Assembly: GCA_937625935.1 (NCBI GenBank)
Contig: OW569395.1
Location: 243,065-307,064 of the forward strand
From: Tetramitus jugosus
Lineage: Eukaryota; Protista; Heterolobosea
DNA length: 64,000 bases
Direction of reading: 5' to 3'
Within the stretch, counting starts at the first letter, position 1; every line of letters begins with the position of its first letter. The position numbers and the translations under genes are program-made. The notes below the pieces were generated by a model. That model did no database searches and had not been told where the DNA came from. It saw only the letters and a list, made by a program, of their open reading frames with translations. Positions 61,343-64,000 of this stretch are shown piece by piece.

Positions 61343-62135
61343 GTGACCACAACAAGTACGAACACACAAAGAATGGAAAAATGTAAGTGCTCAATACCAT
61401 CTTGTGGAAACGCCAAGAGTGTCGTCATCGTCAAAGTTGGTGATTATGAACAGAATTTCTGTACGATTGAACATTTGACCAAAGATTGTGACGCCAGTGT
61501 AATCAACTCACTTAAAACACGAATGAAAAGTGTAGAACAAGTTGCAGTTGCTTTAAAGAAAGTGACTAGTAGTCATTGTGAGAACAAATGTACCGGAACA
61601 ATTGGTCTGTTTGCACTTCATGCAAGAATGCGTCCAATCAGTGTTGCATGTTCCACTTCATGCTTCGTTGAGTTACTCAAGATGATCACTGCTCATTACG
61701 TCCTAAGACACGTGAAGAAATACGATAATCTCAACGATGAGACTCAAGAAGAGGATGAGGAACAGTTGTTTGATTCGGATGATGACGACACTCAGAATCA
61801 AGAGGCGGATGAATAATTGTTTTCATATTGACTAGCATTTTCTCTTGTAGTGAATTTTGATTTTTTTGAGGAACATCGTTATTCAAGCATCAAACTGGAT
61901 TGTATCCAAATGAATTCGATGAAGTGTATTACCAATATGTGATCAACTCAGTAAGCAAACTGTTGATGGAAAGAAACTGAAAATGAAATCAGGAAGACCA
62001 AGGAGTCTTGATACGAGACAACAGTTGATGATGTGTTTAATGTGGATGAGGAGAAATTACAGTTCGGAAGATTTGAGACTTCACTTCAACATTTCTGTAT
62101 CGCGTTGTTTTGATTACAATAAAAACACATTGAAT
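61343..62135 (+). mobile_element. Subtelomeric 5' remnant of a Harbinger-type transposase (Cys/His fingers, FxxxTGL motif, HTH), truncated at a telomere-like seed
   Basis: CSIPSC..VVIVKVG..FCTIEH and C..KC..ACSTSC; LFKHQTGLYPNEFDEVY at about 61880-61930; GRPRSLDTRQQLMMCLMWMRRNYSSEDLRLHFNISVSRC (HTH_Tnp_4-like). No DDE domain follows. Confidence 0.7.
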
Positions 62136-62231
62136 GGGTTGGGTTTGGGACTTGTTATTCCAGTCATAACCGTTTACAGCTCTTGAAGGCATTTATGGGT
62201 GTGGGGTGTCTAATTGGGTTTGGGTTTGGGG
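62135..62231 (+). repeat. Interstitial telomere-like seeds (TGGGTTGGGTTTGGG 62135-62149; TTGGGTTTGGGTTTGGGG 62214-62231)
   Basis: Short copies of the terminal repeat in the same orientation. Confidence 0.7.
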
Positions 62232-63222
62232 TCCGTAGTATTTTGAAAACCGGTTTTTTTTGACGTTTCCTTTTTTGGCATATTGTTTTTTGAGATTTTT
62301 TATTGCTCTAGGAGCTTCATCTGGTTGAGGTGAATAGATTGGCGTGGTTTTCAACTCGATTTGAGCTTTATCGGCTCGTAGAGCCGATATATCTGTGCTC
62401 TATTTAACAGATTTTTATCGGCAACAGTGTTAAAACAGCAATAGATTGTAGATGATTTTGATCCTATACTGGGGATAAGAGGTACAAGTTAAACATGATT
62501 TCTTTGTCTTAGACCAGAGTATTGAGACATTATTTGATCATTTTTAACATGATTTCCTACTAACTATATTTTTTGACTTGATGTCTTATGACTTGATTAT
62601 TCTGAAATTTTGACTGACTTGATTTTGCGTTTTTCTGAATAGAATCGATAGTTTTTATCAATCAATCACAGTATGATCAGATGTTTTATCTATTATTGAG
62701 ACTTTTTGATTCAAAATACTGCAAGACAGTGAAAATAGTGAAGTCTCAAATTTGATTCGAGTTTATAGTTAAAATGCCAGACTCAACCGATCAGAAATAG
62801 AGAGTACTAGCTTTGCTTCACACCAATACAGTTTTATGAGTGTAATGGACCGAAAATCGTTAAAATAATTCTTCTTCAGAGAAAGAGAAACTCTGATATA
62901 ATGAGAATTCCAATTTTGTGTTTTTCTTGAGTGCAGAGTTGAATACCCGAACCCAACCCGTCATAATTCAAGAAGAATAGAAATAATTAGTCATAAAACA
63001 AATATTGACTCCCTTAATTGCCTCTAATTCTTCCATATGTCGAGCATTCAAGGAGAGGTTTTCTGTTTGTGACAAAAACGAAGGAGGAAATGTCAGGAGA
63101 TGGAAAAAGATATGGACTGAGTAGTTTTAGCTTCCCTTTATCTTGTGTGATCAGATTTTAGATAGTAGATCGATACTGTTTTGAATTTGGATGAAATTTT
63201 TGATTTTTGAGAAAGAAGTTCA

Positions 63223-64000
63223 TTTGGGTTTGGGTTTGGGTTTGGGTTTGGGTTTGGGTTTGGGTTTGGGTTTGGGTTTGGGTTTGGGTTTGGGTTTGGG
63301 TTTGGGTTTGGGTTTGGGTTTGGGTTTGGGTTTGGGTTTGGGTTTGGGTTTGGGTTTGGGTTTGGGTTTGGGTTTGGGTTTGGGTTTGGGTTTGGGTTTG
63401 GGTTTGGGTTTGGGTTTGGGTTTGGGTTTGGGTTTGGGTTTGGGTTTGGGTTTGGGTTTGGGTTTGGGTTTGGGTTTGGGTTTGGGTTTGGGTTTGGGTT
63501 TGGGTTTGGGTTTGGGTTTGGGTTTGGGTTTGGGTTTGGGTTTGGGTTTGGGTTTGGGTTTGGGTTTGGGTTTGGGTTTGGGTTTGGGTTTGGGTTTGGG
63601 TTTGGGTTTGGGTTTGGGTTTGGGTTTGGGTTTGGGTTTGGGTTTGGGTTTGGGTTTGGGTTTGGGTTTGGGTTTGGGTTTGGGTTTGGGTTTGGGTTTG
63701 GGTTTGGGTTTGGGTTTGGGTTTGGGTTTGGGTTTGGGTTTGGGTTTGGGTTTGGGTTTGGGTTTGGGTTTGGGTTTGGGTTTGGGTTTGGGTTTGGGTT
63801 TGGGTTTGGGTTTGGGTTTGGGTTTGGGTTTGGGTTTGGGTTTGGGTTTGGGTTTGGGTTTGGGTTTGGGTTTGGGTTTGGGTTTGGGTTTGGGTTTGGG
63901 TTTGGGTTTGGGTTTGGGTTTGGGTTTGGGTTTGGGTTTGGGTTTGGGTTTGGGTTTGGGTTTGGGTTTGGTTTGGGTTTGGGTTTGGGTTTGGGTTTGG
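63223..64000 (+). repeat. Telomere, (TTTGGG)n, about 130 units, G-rich strand running to the window end
   Basis: 778-bp perfect hexamer array with a single TTTGG variant at about 63967-63971. Confidence 0.97.

Overview
Eukaryotic (protist) chromosome end. The window is gene-dense and uses the standard genetic code with short GT-AG spliceosomal introns. It ends in a (TTTGGG)n telomere at 63223-64000. The gene mix (RGS+START-like, EGF/REJ/GPS receptor, F-box fusions, ENA-type P-ATPase, CCDC61) resembles heterolobosean amoeboflagellates; that placement is inference only. Recognisable genes: NSE2/MMS21, two VIT1/CCC1 paralogues, two tandem F-box proteins, an APH-like kinase, PPP1R21, a GBP-family GTPase, SLC35F6-like, CCDC61, a polycystin-1-like receptor, METAP2, an OCA2-like permease, a type IID P-ATPase and an F-box/pseudo-GTPase fusion. 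Mobile-element debris includes three PIF/Harbinger-type transposase remnants (one next to a Myb-like + alpha-crystallin-like ORF) and an EnSpm/CACTA-like fragment. The most striking element is a 374-bp 3' remnant of a Fanzor/TnpB element (26302-26675). It has an apparently intact omegaRNA scaffold (two hairpins plus an 8-bp pseudoknot ending at TTAA) and is flanked by an exact 15-bp duplication of TTAA plus the first 11 nt of its own predicted guide. This looks like the footprint of an RNA-guided cut followed by abortive homing. All family assignments are from motif recognition, not database searches.
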